Below are positions 20,140 through 32,200 of a stretch of 37,803 nt of DNA, piece by piece (position 1 is the stretch's first letter; each line of letters begins with the position of its first letter). The notes beneath the pieces were generated by a model. That model was not told where the DNA came from and did no database searches. It saw only the letters and a program-made list of their open reading frames with translations. Origin of the DNA: Macrostomum lignano (Eukaryota); contig NIVC01003572.1 in NCBI GenBank assembly GCA_002269645.1, forward strand, positions 1-37,803, given 5' to 3'. The position numbers and the translations under genes are program-made.

Positions 20140-20439
20140 GGATGCTGAGTCGGGTCCGAGAGAAGGGGATTTAGGAAGGGCAATTACATCATCGCTGTCA
20201 GAGAAGTCCACCGACAAAAAAGCACCATCCGACATATGCAAGTGCGAATAGAAAATGGAAAAGCATTCCTGTCCGGGGCACGCTCAATACAATAGCTATA
20301 GTCGTATGTTTGCAGCCGCGGCATCCGCTGGACCATGGCGGACATTGCGTGCTCAGTTCAGCTGCATCACAAAGGCTCGACAGCTTACCGACTGGTCAGC
20401 AATAAGTAGAAGATGCCGCTACCATCAAAGTAAAAAATT

Positions 20440-21230
20440 TGGCGGTGAATTCGACAGTATTTTGTATTTCCTGGGATTTGCAACTCGACAGCTAGCTACA
20501 AGGCCGGGATTAAGGTCGTTTCACTGAGTAAACCCACTGGGCTCACCATTCCAGACGGTTGACACTGCAAACCTTTTTTACGTCAATGTGTATCCAGTCT
20601 ACGTCATCGTGAACATCTCACATTGCATGAAAAATGCTAGAAACACCCCGATGAAGAACGGCTAACGGCTATAGCTAAGTGGCAGCATATCATCCAGTTT
20701 AATCGGAACGACAGCGACCAATCTCTCCAATTAGCCAGCTAGCTTAATTACCGAAGCTGATTTCAGCCTAGCTCTGGGTCAGAAGATGAAAGCAGCGCTC
20801 GCAGCACAGGTATTGACCGATTCTGTTGCAGCGGCATCACTTTTTTCTATCATAATGAGTTTATCAGTGAACGCGTTACAGACAGCTGAATTTTCGAAGC
20901 GTCTGAATGACATACTAGCAAAGTGGGTGCACGATCGCATTTTTCCCGTGGTACTTACTGGCTCCATCGTGCCACAACTCAAGCAGTTTTGCAGGCCAGG
21001 CACCAGGAGCTCGACTCCTGGCAGGATGCAAGCAATGCCTCGCTGGAAGCTGCTGAGTACGCTGGCGGGTATGTGCTAAATCGAAGCCGAGTTCTTCACT
21101 GTTAGCTATGCAACTCTGCTTACAACATGCGCACCTGCTGGGGTTTACATCCAGCACAAGACCTACTAGCATGCATCCCCGCGGGTTAACTGCGCCTTCC
21201 ACCGGTGGCACTTGTTGCATTTATGAAGAT
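20440..21230 (+). pseudogene. Degenerate P-element/THAP9-like DNA transposase relic
   Basis: Interrupted-frame motifs in P-transposase order: VFCISWDLQ, SHCMKNARN (20618-20644; HxxKxxRN), KWQHII..LQLA, GQKMKAALAAQVLTDSVA (KMKxxLAAQVFSxSVA), AEYAGGYVL and RGLTAPS. Multiple stops and frameshifts. Confidence 0.72.
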
Positions 21231-21507
21231 GGAGGCAGCGTTTACAGCCCTGACACCCGGCTTCATAATCCAGCCACGTGTGGCTGGAGCTCGGTTTGTG
21301 GACCACTTCCGGGCACAATTGGTAGCACTTCCTGCTTGCGAGCTGCCTCACACGCGGGTGCTCCATCAAGTTCTTCAAAATTTTGCTCAACTACGGCTGC
21401 ACTATTGGTGGACTACACTACACTAAACATGTCTACAAATTGGTGGCTGCAGTTACGCTCGCACTTGGAGACAAATGTATGGTAATTGTTTTATTTATTT
21501 TGATTAT

Positions 21508-21816
21508 TTAGAGGTAGAGGCTGTGTGCACCCTGGTGCACTTTAAGTGACATTGTCACACAACCGGCGAAAGGCACTACTGCCCATTCCGCCGACTCCCC
21601 TGAGCAGGCACACAAGCGCGCGGACACGTACGCAGTCATACGCACAGGCACACACTCACACACGAGTGTACAGCGGCCCTAACTTGATTTATCACTGTGC
21701 CTTGGAGCAAGGTGGCCCTTAAGCTGGGCGGTAATTGCACGAGCAGAGCCAAGCCGAGATTCCTTGTTAGCCCCAACTCAATGTTGGAATCGAGCCTGGG
21801 CCGCTGGCATATCAGA
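21508..21816 (+). mobile_element. Unclassified ~310-bp dispersed repeat, copy 1
   Basis: Highly similar to 28433-28760 and more distantly to 30796-30958, all in the same orientation. Confidence 0.8.
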
Positions 21817-22312
21817 GCACTGCGCTAGCCATAGGATGCATGGCGTTTGTTTCTTTCTTTAAACTGTTTTTTCTTACAAAACGTGAGTGAAATAAATAGA
21901 ATGTGTAGAAATTAAGTGCAAAACAGCATAAATTCGAAATGAATTGCATTGATAGATACAGTGGAACGATATGTTCTTTTGATGGGTCTCGGGTCTATTT
22001 TGCTTGGCATGCGCTTTCGTTGTGGACACGATGCACTTTTTATTGTTAACGGAGACTCTCAAAAACTTTGTGAGGCATTGTTGCGTTGTCACTCAGGCAC
22101 CTTGAGCGACATTACATGGACTGGTACCCCAGTTTGCAAACAGCTGTACATTGTTTTTGATATTTTAGCTCGTATTATGATATAACAAACATTATAATGA
22201 ACGCATCTAGTGAGAAATTGAGGAGTTCAAATATATGAAATCGTGCAGAAAATATTTTAGCTCCTACGAGTACAAAATTTACTCGGTTACTTTACATGGC
22301 TTACCCAGGTTT

Positions 22313-22615
22313 GTAGCCTAGTGGTTAGAGTCACGGACTCTCGACTGGAAGGTCGGGGGTTCGGTTCTGGATTCACCAGGAACAATTTGTGTCCTTGAGC
22401 AAGACATTTACTCTGCATTGCTTCAGTTCACCTAGTTGTAAAATGGGCACCAATATTGCTGGGGCTATTGATGGTGTGTGTGGCGACCCCACCCCCATTC
22501 CTTGCACTGAACAGCCGTACGCAGCCTTCAGATGCGCCGTGCAATAGCAGCGGCTGAGCTGTCGGTTGCACATCTGCCCATTAGGGCAGGTTTAAGCAAT
22601 TACTATTAAAATTAA
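22313..22615 (+). mobile_element. tRNA-derived SINE with a CORE-like central domain
   Basis: A box TAGCCTAGTGG, degenerate B box GGTTCGGTTCT (22358-22368), then TGTGTCCTTGAGCAAGACATTTACTCTGCATTGCTTCAGTTCACCTAGTTGTAAAATGGG, which resembles the MIR CORE consensus. A/T-rich tail; the 3' limit is approximate. Confidence 0.7.
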
Positions 22616-22627
22616 AAAACTCTAGCG

Positions 22628-23238
22628 TCACACCTGTGACGACGTGATTGAGTACGAACTGTGCGCCGACCTGTCGCAGGTGCAAACGTCTGGTCGACTG
22701 CTGCTGGCTCTCCGGGCTCCGTTAACGTAGCCTCCAACCATGCCGCGATCTAAATATCGATACTTCGCCCCCGATCCCGCTGCCCCGTTCCGGTCGAGTG
22801 TCATGGAAGCGTAGGCCCTGACTGAGTTGCCCAGACCGCTATCGAGCGTCGTGTCAGCTGGGGTGGCATTGCCGCATCCGCCAGCGCTGTACAACGGAAT
22901 CCTGGGCAAGGTGGTGCAGTGCTGCTGCTGACGATAGCCGCCCGGATGTCCGCAGTGCTGATGATAGCCCGCCTGCTGGTTGCCATGGTGCAGGCAGGTT
23001 GGCGGACCCTTGCCGATAGCATCAATTGGCGTCTGCATCGGCGTGTCCTCGTCGTTGCCAGCGTTGGCGCCAGCCGATCCGCTCATTCGAAGGCGTCGCG
23101 CCGCCGACATGATGATCCGTCTGCGATATACTACTATGATTAGGCCGCTCAGTAGGGCTAGCAGCACTAGCAGGATTAGAATGATGATGATTACTTGGCT
23201 AGTGCTGAGGCACATGCTGTATTTGCACACCGCGTCGG
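22628..23238 (-). CDS. ZP protein terminal exon: TM helix (VIIIILILLVLLALLSGLIIVVY), RRR stop-transfer and cytoplasmic tail ending SSQV*
   Basis: Acceptor ctttcag, phase 1. Matches ORF 22628..23254. Confidence 0.85.
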
Positions 23239-26200
23239 CTGAAAGATTATTCACACACTATTGTAATGCTCAACACATGCAGTTTGAAGTTTAACTAACT
23301 ACGAGCTACGCTAGGCAGTGTCTATCTAGTACACTCTGCGCACAGGGGGTTGACCCTCAAAGTCTAAATTCCTGTGGTCTCCTACGGAATGGAAGCCCAG
23401 ACCCAATCGTCAACCAGTTCACGATCTGCAGTAGGCATTCTTACAGATTTCCGACCGCTTCGCTTGATGCTTTGCGATGACTACCAAACGGATTTCTTCG
23501 TCAAGTTCTCTGACACCAAAGTCGGGACTGCGTTTGGTCATTTTTTCCGGTTTGCAAGCAGTTTTCTGGAATCGGAAGTATGCGTGCATGTACACATGAG
23601 TATAGGCTATAGAGTCACGGATATATATATATATATATATATATGAGTCAGCCGCCATGGATAACCCCAGGACGGAACCAAACCACAGGTAGAACCCACC
23701 GGATCGCAGAAAATCGACTCCGATTCCTGGCAAATCCGAACAGTGCACGCAAAGTACACGGTCGGCAAAGAGCCGCCCAGACGAAAAGCTGGAAAACTGC
23801 CTGTCTGCTGCAGATGCAAACCTGTGCCCTGGCGGGACTTTGAAAGCTCGCATTGAAACCGGACTTTGGTACTGCGGATCTGCGATGGATGTTGGTGAGG
23901 TAGTGTTTTTAGGCTTCATCATGATTGGTAGGATACCACACTTAAGGCGCTCCTATGTTGGCTGCATGCTATAAAAAGAAATGACGCAGGCCACCGACTA
24001 ACCATTTCTAAATCTGCTTAACTTGCAGTAAACTTATTTGATATTTAGCACAAGCTCTTTAAAAATATGAATCGATTACATGAGCATCGAGTCTAGAAGT
24101 CCAAAAAATGAAAAAAGTTAATTAGTAGCCCTGGGGCGTCGCCATAGACAAATCCAAGAATTCTGCATTACTAAATTCCTGCATTATTTTTAAAACTGGT
24201 GTTGCTAGCACTCATTTTAGCGCCGCAGACACTCATTTTGGCGCCACAGGCACTCATTTTAGCGCCACAGGCACCTACTTCTGGCGACGCAGGCACTCAT
24301 TTTAGCGCCGCAGACACACTCATTTTGGCGCTGCAGGCACTCATTTTAGCGCCGCAGACAGACATTCATTTTGGCGCTGCAGGCACTCATTTTAGCGCCG
24401 CAGGCACACACTCATTTTGGCGCCGCAGGCACTCATTTTAGCGCCGCAGACAGACACTCATTTTGGCGACGCAGGCACTCATTTTAGCGCCGCAGACAGA
24501 CACTCATTTTGGCGACGCAGGCACTCATTTTAGCGCCGCAGACAGACACTCATTTTAGCGCCGCAGACAGACACTCATTTTAGCGCCGCAGACACTCATT
24601 TTGGCGCCACAGGCACTCATTTTAGCGCCACAGGCACCTACTTCTGGCGACGCAGGCACTCATTTTAGCGCCGCAGACACACTCATTTTGGCGCTGCAGG
24701 CACTCATTTTAGCGCCGCAGACAGACATTCATTTTGGCGCTGCAGGCACTCATTTTAGCGCCGCAGGCACACACTCATTTTGGCGCCGCAGGCACTCATT
24801 TTAGCGCCGCAGACAGACACTCATTTTGGCGACGCAGGCACTCATTTTAGCGCCGCAGACAGACACTCATTTTAGCGTCGCAGACAGACACTCATTTTGG
24901 CGCCGCAGACACATTTTGGCGCCGCAGGCACTCATTTTAGCTATATTTTGGTGCCCTGAAGTAAAATTATTGATTTTTACAACGGGTCACAAGGTGGGGT
25001 AAGGGTGACAAAGCATTGGCATGTCCCCCCCATAGCTTTTACTGGGGGGGGGGCATGTCCCCCTGTCCCCCCAGGTGGCGAAGCAACTGTTAATAGCTTT
25101 TCTGTTCGAATATTTCTGTATTTTCAAGTTGATCAAATTAGGGTTTACTGATTTCGAGCTATCTGTTTAACCATTCCCAGAAAATGTTCGACATGAGCTA
25201 CGGTTTATAACGGTGGATTTTTGATAAAAAATATAATTGCTACGCTGAACTATAAATTGCAGACAATGGGATTACGAGAGCAAATCTACAGGGAGGAAAA
25301 TTCTACGACAAAAGTAAGTATAAATAAATATATACACTGCAGTCCTGTAGGTAGCATTGGGCATTTTTCTGGCAATTTCCGTTGGCAAATAGACCGCGGG
25401 GTACTGCCTCAGCCCGCTCCTGGGGTACCTTCGTATTCTCCCGCTGCCAGAGCCCAGTGCAGCGAGATGCAGGAGCCCTACAGCCCTATGCTCAGCCAGC
25501 CGCATATGCTCAAGTTTCACCAGGCCCGCTTGCATAGGAGCTATAAAAAAACTAGCAAATTTGAACGTATCTAATGTGGTATTTTGCTCCGCAATCGAGC
25601 GGAATAGCTCTTAATGGGGGAATAGAATTTTTTTAGTAAAAAGACTTGACAAAATTGCTACAAAGCAACCATTTGGTTAAGTAGGGATATAATATCATCC
25701 AGGAATCTAATTTCAATGTCCGCGCGGTCTGCCAGCTAATTTGCTTCTTGTTTCAAAATGATTGCGATTTTGTTCAAAATGACTTTAGTTTTTTAAATTC
25801 GCGTGGGCTAATTTCAGGTCACGACTGAAAACTAGTCATACGAGGAGGAAAATACTCATGCTCACGCAGATCCCAGATACTGTATGCAGGCACACTCTCA
25901 CACAGATCCCGGATACTGTATGCAGGCACACTCTCACACAGATCCCGGATACTGTATGCAGGCACACTCTCACACAGATCCCGGATACTGTATGCAGGCA
26001 TACTCTCACACAGATCCCGGATACTGTACGCAGGCACACTCTCACACAGATCCCGGATACTGTATGCAGGCACACTCTCACACAGATCCCGGATACTGTA
26101 TGCAGGCACACTCTCACACAGATCCCGGATACTGTATGCAGGCACACTCTCACACAGATCCCGGATACTGTATGCAGGCACACTCTCGCACAGATCCCGA

Positions 26201-29200
26201 ATACTATATGCAGGCACACTCTCACACAGATCCCGGATACTGTATGCAGGCATACTCTCACACAGATCCCGGATACTGTATGCAGGCATACTCTCACACA
26301 GATCCCGGATACTGTACGCAGGCACACTCTCACACAGATCCCGGATACTGTATGCAGGCACACTCTCACACAGATCCCGGATACTGTATGCAGGCACACT
26401 CTCACACAGATCCCGGATACTGTATGCAAGCGCACTCTCACACAGATCCCGGATACTGTATGCAGGCACACTCTCACACAGATCCTGGATACTGTATGCA
26501 GGCATACTCTCACATAGATCCCGGATACTGTATGCAGGCACACTCTCGCACAGATCCCGAATACTGTATGCAGGCACACTCTCGCACAGATCCCGGATAC
26601 TATATGCAGGCACACTCTCACACAGATCCCGGATACTGTATGCAGGCACACTCTCACACAGATCCCGGATACTGTATGCAGGCACACTCTCGCACAGATC
26701 CCGATATAGCTCGTACCAACCCCGCTCAAAAATGATAGTTACGCATCTTAAACTCATTTTTATTGCACGAAGCGGATTTAAATGCAAAGCTCGGTGATTT
26801 GCATGAGAATCTACTATAAAAGTTCCAAAGCGAAATCAGCATATTTAGGATCCGATCATTTCATGTTGGCACTGAAGCAGACATCAAAGTTAAATAGGAC
26901 CAAATCTCTTCGTGTTTGTAGCAATTCTGTGATGTGATCCGCATGAACATGACCTAAAATTTGATGTTGGCTTCTAGCTCGTATGATGCACTATCACTCT
27001 CTCATTTTGTTTTGGTGATAAATTAGCATATGAAAATATCCCGGTATTGAGTCAACTTAGGGGTACTCAAATACAATAGTCCTCCTTCAACTTTAACCCT
27101 CTGACTCACCCTCCGCAGTCGATCAACTTTGTAGATCCGGTGCTTTTAGTCCTGGGCGCTGCCGCAACAGTGCATTGTTTCACCAATAGCCTTGTGTAGC
27201 CGTCTGAAATTGCCGGATTTTTGTTGTTGCTAAACAATTTAGTATACGTGGACTAGCCATGGCCCCTTATCAAAATTAGCACTTTCGATGGCCCAGTTAT
27301 CATGCACTTAATGTTCGATAGCTGATTCTCATATAGTCTACTTCTATCCAGTCTGAGATTTTATAGGTAAAGTTCCAGGACACTTTCTAGACAACGTTCC
27401 TGGACGTTTTATGGATGCTTAGTTGTAGCCTAGATATTTAAGACATTTAACTCTGCATTGCTTCAGTTCACCCAGCTGTAAAATGAATGCTTTCAGAGTA
27501 TATTTTCTGGGGCGTTTAATTTCAGAGTAGATTAACTCGGCGTTTTACTTGACGACATTCATGGTCTCTGGTTGGTTTCTGTTCGTAGGATAAAATCAGT
27601 GGTCGTGAAGTTTTTTTAGATAGATATGGGCAATTTTTGTTTGGCTACAGCAGTCCCTTTTTGACTGCAGTTGCAGCTAGGTGTGCTCTGTATATAGTCC
27701 CTGCGCCCTTAAATGTACCGTAGATGTTAGTCCTGTTATATGTTTCTTCGTTTTGTTGCGTCTAAGTATATGATAATCGCACACACGCACTCTGAATAGT
27801 TTCTAAATAGCATGCGACGAAACATTGGACCCGGTTGTTATAAATCATGCAGCGTACATGCTCGTGCACGCATATAAAAGCTTTCCGAGGTCTCCATAAG
27901 TAAATTGAAGGCCCAGGTAAATGAATACACGGGAAGGCTGAAACTTCAGCCCAACTACACAGGAAGTTCTGCCAAATTACTGAGCATGCTAACCAAGCCT
28001 ATACTTAGATTACGGAACACATAGCTAAGGCCAAATGCATAGCAACGCCGATCTCAAACAGCATCCTGTCTGTCTCACGATTGACCCGCCTAATTAAAGG
28101 TTCGAAGATCTAAGAATCACATAATAATAATAAAGTTCTCTCACCAGTGGTATCTCGGAGGAGAATCTCGAGCTGGATTGGGTCCTCCTCTTCAATTTCG
28201 CTAACTGAGAATCCGGACCTGTTTAATACTCGAAGCCAGAGAGCCAGGCCGGATATAACCTTTGGCGGCAGGTCCCAACCAGACGGATTCTGTTGACCTG
28301 TTCTGAAACCGGAATAAACGCGCTTTCAGAGTAGAAATTTGGTGAAAGAAACTTGTTTGAGCCACTTTCTTTGTAGGAAAATGGACAGTTTCGGAAAATG
28401 CGGAGTGCTAATTTTCAGTATCCCTTCTTTAATTAGAGGCAGGGGTTGTGTGCACCCTGGCGCACTTTAAGCGACATTGTCACACAACCGGCGAGGGGCA
28501 TTGCCGCCCATTCCGCCGCTCCCCTGAGCAGGCACACAAGCGCGCGGATACGTACGCAGTCATACGCACAGGCACACACTCACACTCACACAGCGGCCCT
28601 AACTTTATTTATCGTCAGGCATGTACACTTCACTGTGCCTTGGGGGTTGGCCCTCAAGCTGGGCGTTAATTGCACGAGCAGAGCCAAGCCGAGATTCCAA
28701 TTCAGCCCCAAATTAATGGGACTGCACTTGGAATCGAGCCTGGGCCGCTGGCACATCAGATACAGTCTTTTCTTTAAGGAAACGGGAGCGCCAGTTAAAA
28801 ATTCCACGGAACTAGGGGTTTTAATGGTGTTTGGCGGATTAGTCTGGGATAATTTTAAATTAAATTTTGGATAAATATGTCTTCAGTGATGTCAGGTGAA
28901 GTGGAAACAAAAATTCTCTCGGAGTTTTTAAACTCCCTTACCTCGATTTAATCTTTGAATCCATGGAGTCGTTATAGCCGAGTTGCTGGGCAGTCACTGT
29001 GCACATAAGGCCCACAACAATGTCCGGATAGGTGTAGAAGTTCCGGTTCCACAGCACCCGAAGTGTGGCTTTCAGCACCTTCTGGTTCGCTGTGTGGCTC
29101 TGAATGAAGTGACCAGAAAATATAATATTGTGCGCTAGTTAGCTGACTTATTGCGCTGCTGTAATTTAAGGCGACGATCGACCCACAGAAAGCAGTTGTA

Positions 29201-32200
29201 CTTTTGTATCCGCTGAGCCTTAAGCACAGAACTCTATTTTACGCTATCGACAATGAAAAGCAAATATTTAATCGCTTGATTCTCCCGCTTGCTCCTGAAC
29301 TCAACCGGCTATACTTCAAATACTCACCTGTCGAGTTACGGTGACAGCTCGACCGCCGCAGGCAGTGTCTGAGTCTAGTCGCAGTTCAGCTTTGTATTTC
29401 CCTCCGCTGGCTTCACGAAGTTGGCATACGGAGGCCTCTGGCCCCTGACGGTAGCCGTCAATGTAGGCAATGGAGTCGCCACTTCGCAGTCTGCTTAACA
29501 ACTCGTTGTAGGGCGGCTTCGGGTAGCCAGGATCGAACGTCACCTCCATTAGGCCATTGCCGCAACTGACGGTTACTATGGAGACAGTTTATTTTGCGTG
29601 GGTGATAAAATTATTTTAACAAGACAGATGCAGAGCTTTGACGAGTGTCTAAAAACACTTTTTTTGACTGCGCTAAGGTAAAAGTTTGGGGTACATCTCG
29701 AGAGTCAGTAGTCATTTATCAAGGAACTCAGGAATTGGACGTCAGGATGGCACCCATTAAAGACGGGCGCCAACTAACCCGATACGGAAGTCGGATAAAG
29801 AGCGCAACACTCAGGAGCGAGCTAAACTGAGCAAAACTGTCATTTTCTACAGAAAATGAAGCAGCCAGTCCATCTCAACCAACTCAAACTCCAATTCATA
29901 GGCTACAATTTCAAAGGTTTCGTTGCCTTACAAAGCGACTTCTCTGTAGAAGCAGGAGAAAATAACCAGGGAGACTTGTGCGACAAAAAGCGAGTATGGA
30001 GTCAAACATTTTTTTCGCACTCCTACCCACAGAAGCCGAAAGTCATTAATCAGATTATTGCATCTCGCGGCCGGCGTTGGACCCGTTGAGAGCTGACGAC
30101 TCTCTGGTTATTTGATTTCTCTCTCCTTCTCTAGTTCTTCTTCTTTTTTCTCTGACTCCACCCAGTCTTTTGCGCTAGACAAAATCAGTCAGTCTGGAAA
30201 TTTACACGCTTGCATAGAGAGAAAATATAGCACCGCACTGGCCGCCGACTTGATTGGATTGCTAAATAGTGGATGGAGCATAAACCCGTTTGACTTCTCT
30301 TCTCGTCTCGACTGGCGTTGTTTTTTCTTCTAATCTAACAGAACGCCTATCGTTCTGCGAGACCTGGCGTGGGGACCTAGACGCTGGCAGACTCTTAGAA
30401 ACAGCAAGTTCAAGCGACGTGTTGCGTTTTAGTCGACTCCAGCTGGCAGGCTTTACAACCGCCAAGTCGTACTGCCTACAGCCGGTGTAAAGGGTGCGCG
30501 ACCTTGGGTCGGCAGCACGGACTACGCTTACGTTCAGGATCTTAGGCGCACCCTGCGACGCTGGTGCTTTCTAAGAACTAATTGACAGCATAGTATTGCG
30601 TTGTTGTTGTTGTTGTTGTTTTACAGCATACCGAAATACATCAGTAACTTTCTGTCGAAAACCGCATTTGATTCGAGTACAGGGCACGGGAGCTATAGCC
30701 CTTGAAAATAAGCAGAAATTGTTCTAAATGATTTTAAGCGTTGATTTTGTCATAAATACGAGTAATATTTATGTAATTTTCTCGAGGCCTTCGACGACAT
30801 CCTCCCACAACCAGCGCTGAGGCAATTCTGCCCATTTCGCTGACTCCTGAGCACATACAAGCGCGCCAATACAGTAAGCAGGCATGCAATCATACACACG
30901 CTCACACAGGGTGTACACCGGCCCAGACTTTCTAATCGTCAGGTGTGTACACTCTGTAAGCCCCAAATGAAGGTGGTCGCGCACAGAATCGAACCACCTG
31001 GGGTCTCCACGAATTCTCTGCCCTGGTCGATGGCCGGTCGAGTATTCCCTACCCGGTTAGACAGTGATGAATATCTGTTAACGAGGTGATCCATCATTTT
31101 TGCAGCCCTTGCAGGTGACATTACTAATTAGAAATTTTCTATAAATTTCTGGTCTCGTCAACACGCAAAGATATGTTTTGTTTCGCAAAAATGTTTATCC
31201 ATCCCTTTTCTTGCTTCATTCTAAGAATTTGAGAAGAATATAGGAAAAAGACAACTCAGGAAATAGCTTTCTTTATTCAGCCAAACAAAGACTAATGAGA
31301 CTGTTGACTTGAAGAAACACGAACTGGACAAGATTTAAGGCAGCCTGGGGGCAATTTTTGCCATTTTTGCTGTCTTCGATTTTTTAATAAGGAGAAAAAG
31401 AGGAATCAAAGATCTCTTAATTCATCAGGGAACATGAAAATAAAGTCTCTTTATTTCTCTTACCGTGGTGCCGGGAGCACCGCTTTGCTCCTTTGCCCGC
31501 GGGAGTGGACAGCTGTTTTGGACACAGACATCCTGGCCTGCTGTAGTTGCTAGGGGAATAACAGGTGCCGTAAGGATCTGAATCTGCGCATTCTTTGCAC
31601 CGGTCCAACTCTTTTTTGAGCACTTCGACTGAAACAAGATTTTTTGCGGGTAAAGGGTGTTGAATTACAAACAGATAATAAAGTCTAATACCGATACGTG
31701 GTTTAAATATTTGAATGCATTTCAGATCAACTTTCATGCGCTTTGGGTATAAGGGTTGCGCTTTAGAGGTGTCAGTGACGCCAACTCTAAGGGTGTCAGT
31801 GACGTCACTTTAAGATTCTTAGTGACGTCACTTTAATCGTGTCAGTGACGTCACGTTAAGGGTGTCAGTTACGTCACGTTAAGGGTGTCAGTAACGTCCC
31901 TTTAAGGGTATAAGTGACGTCACTTTAATCGTGTCAGTGACGTCATTTTAAGGATGTCAGTAACGTCACTTTAAGGGTGGCAGTGACGCCAACTTTGTAC
32001 GGTGAAAGGGACAGTTAAAAAGGTCCTTCGACAAGGTATAAAACGAAATGAAAAAGGCAGAGCTCATTATCAAGCTGCCTTGTCATTAATTACTCTGTAT
32101 TGGATAGCTTAGAGTAAACAAACTCTTACAGCACTCGTAGTACTTCAGCCAGGGCTGGTAAACTGCCACGTGACCTTCGGGGCATTGGCATTTTCTGAAA

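Noticed and set aside
19323-20241. Pro/Ser-rich extensin-like ORFs
   Set aside because: They are translations of the 28-bp minisatellite in two frames with the same repeat.
22313-22385. Functional tRNA gene
   Set aside because: The B box is degenerate, no complete cloverleaf is evident, and it is followed by a SINE CORE-like body.
23419-23922. 167-aa ORF as a single coding exon
   Set aside because: It crosses an (AT)n intron. Only 23445-23565 is in the true frame, and the ZP-C exon 23700-23871 uses a different frame.
25221-25574. ORFs 25221..25574 (+) and 25272..25535 (-) as ZP exons or a nested gene
   Set aside because: The phases do not fit the ZP exon chain, which is already complete without them, and no motif was recognised.
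25819-26787. His/Cys-rich (QAHSHTDPGYCM)n metal-binding protein
   Set aside because: It is a 36-bp intronic minisatellite open in four frames, with no flanking coding context.
29645-30570. Short ORFs and an exon-like open stretch on the minus strand at ~30360-30570
   Set aside because: No recognisable homology. The best splice sites give phase 0-0, which is incompatible with the flanking phase-1 ZP junction.
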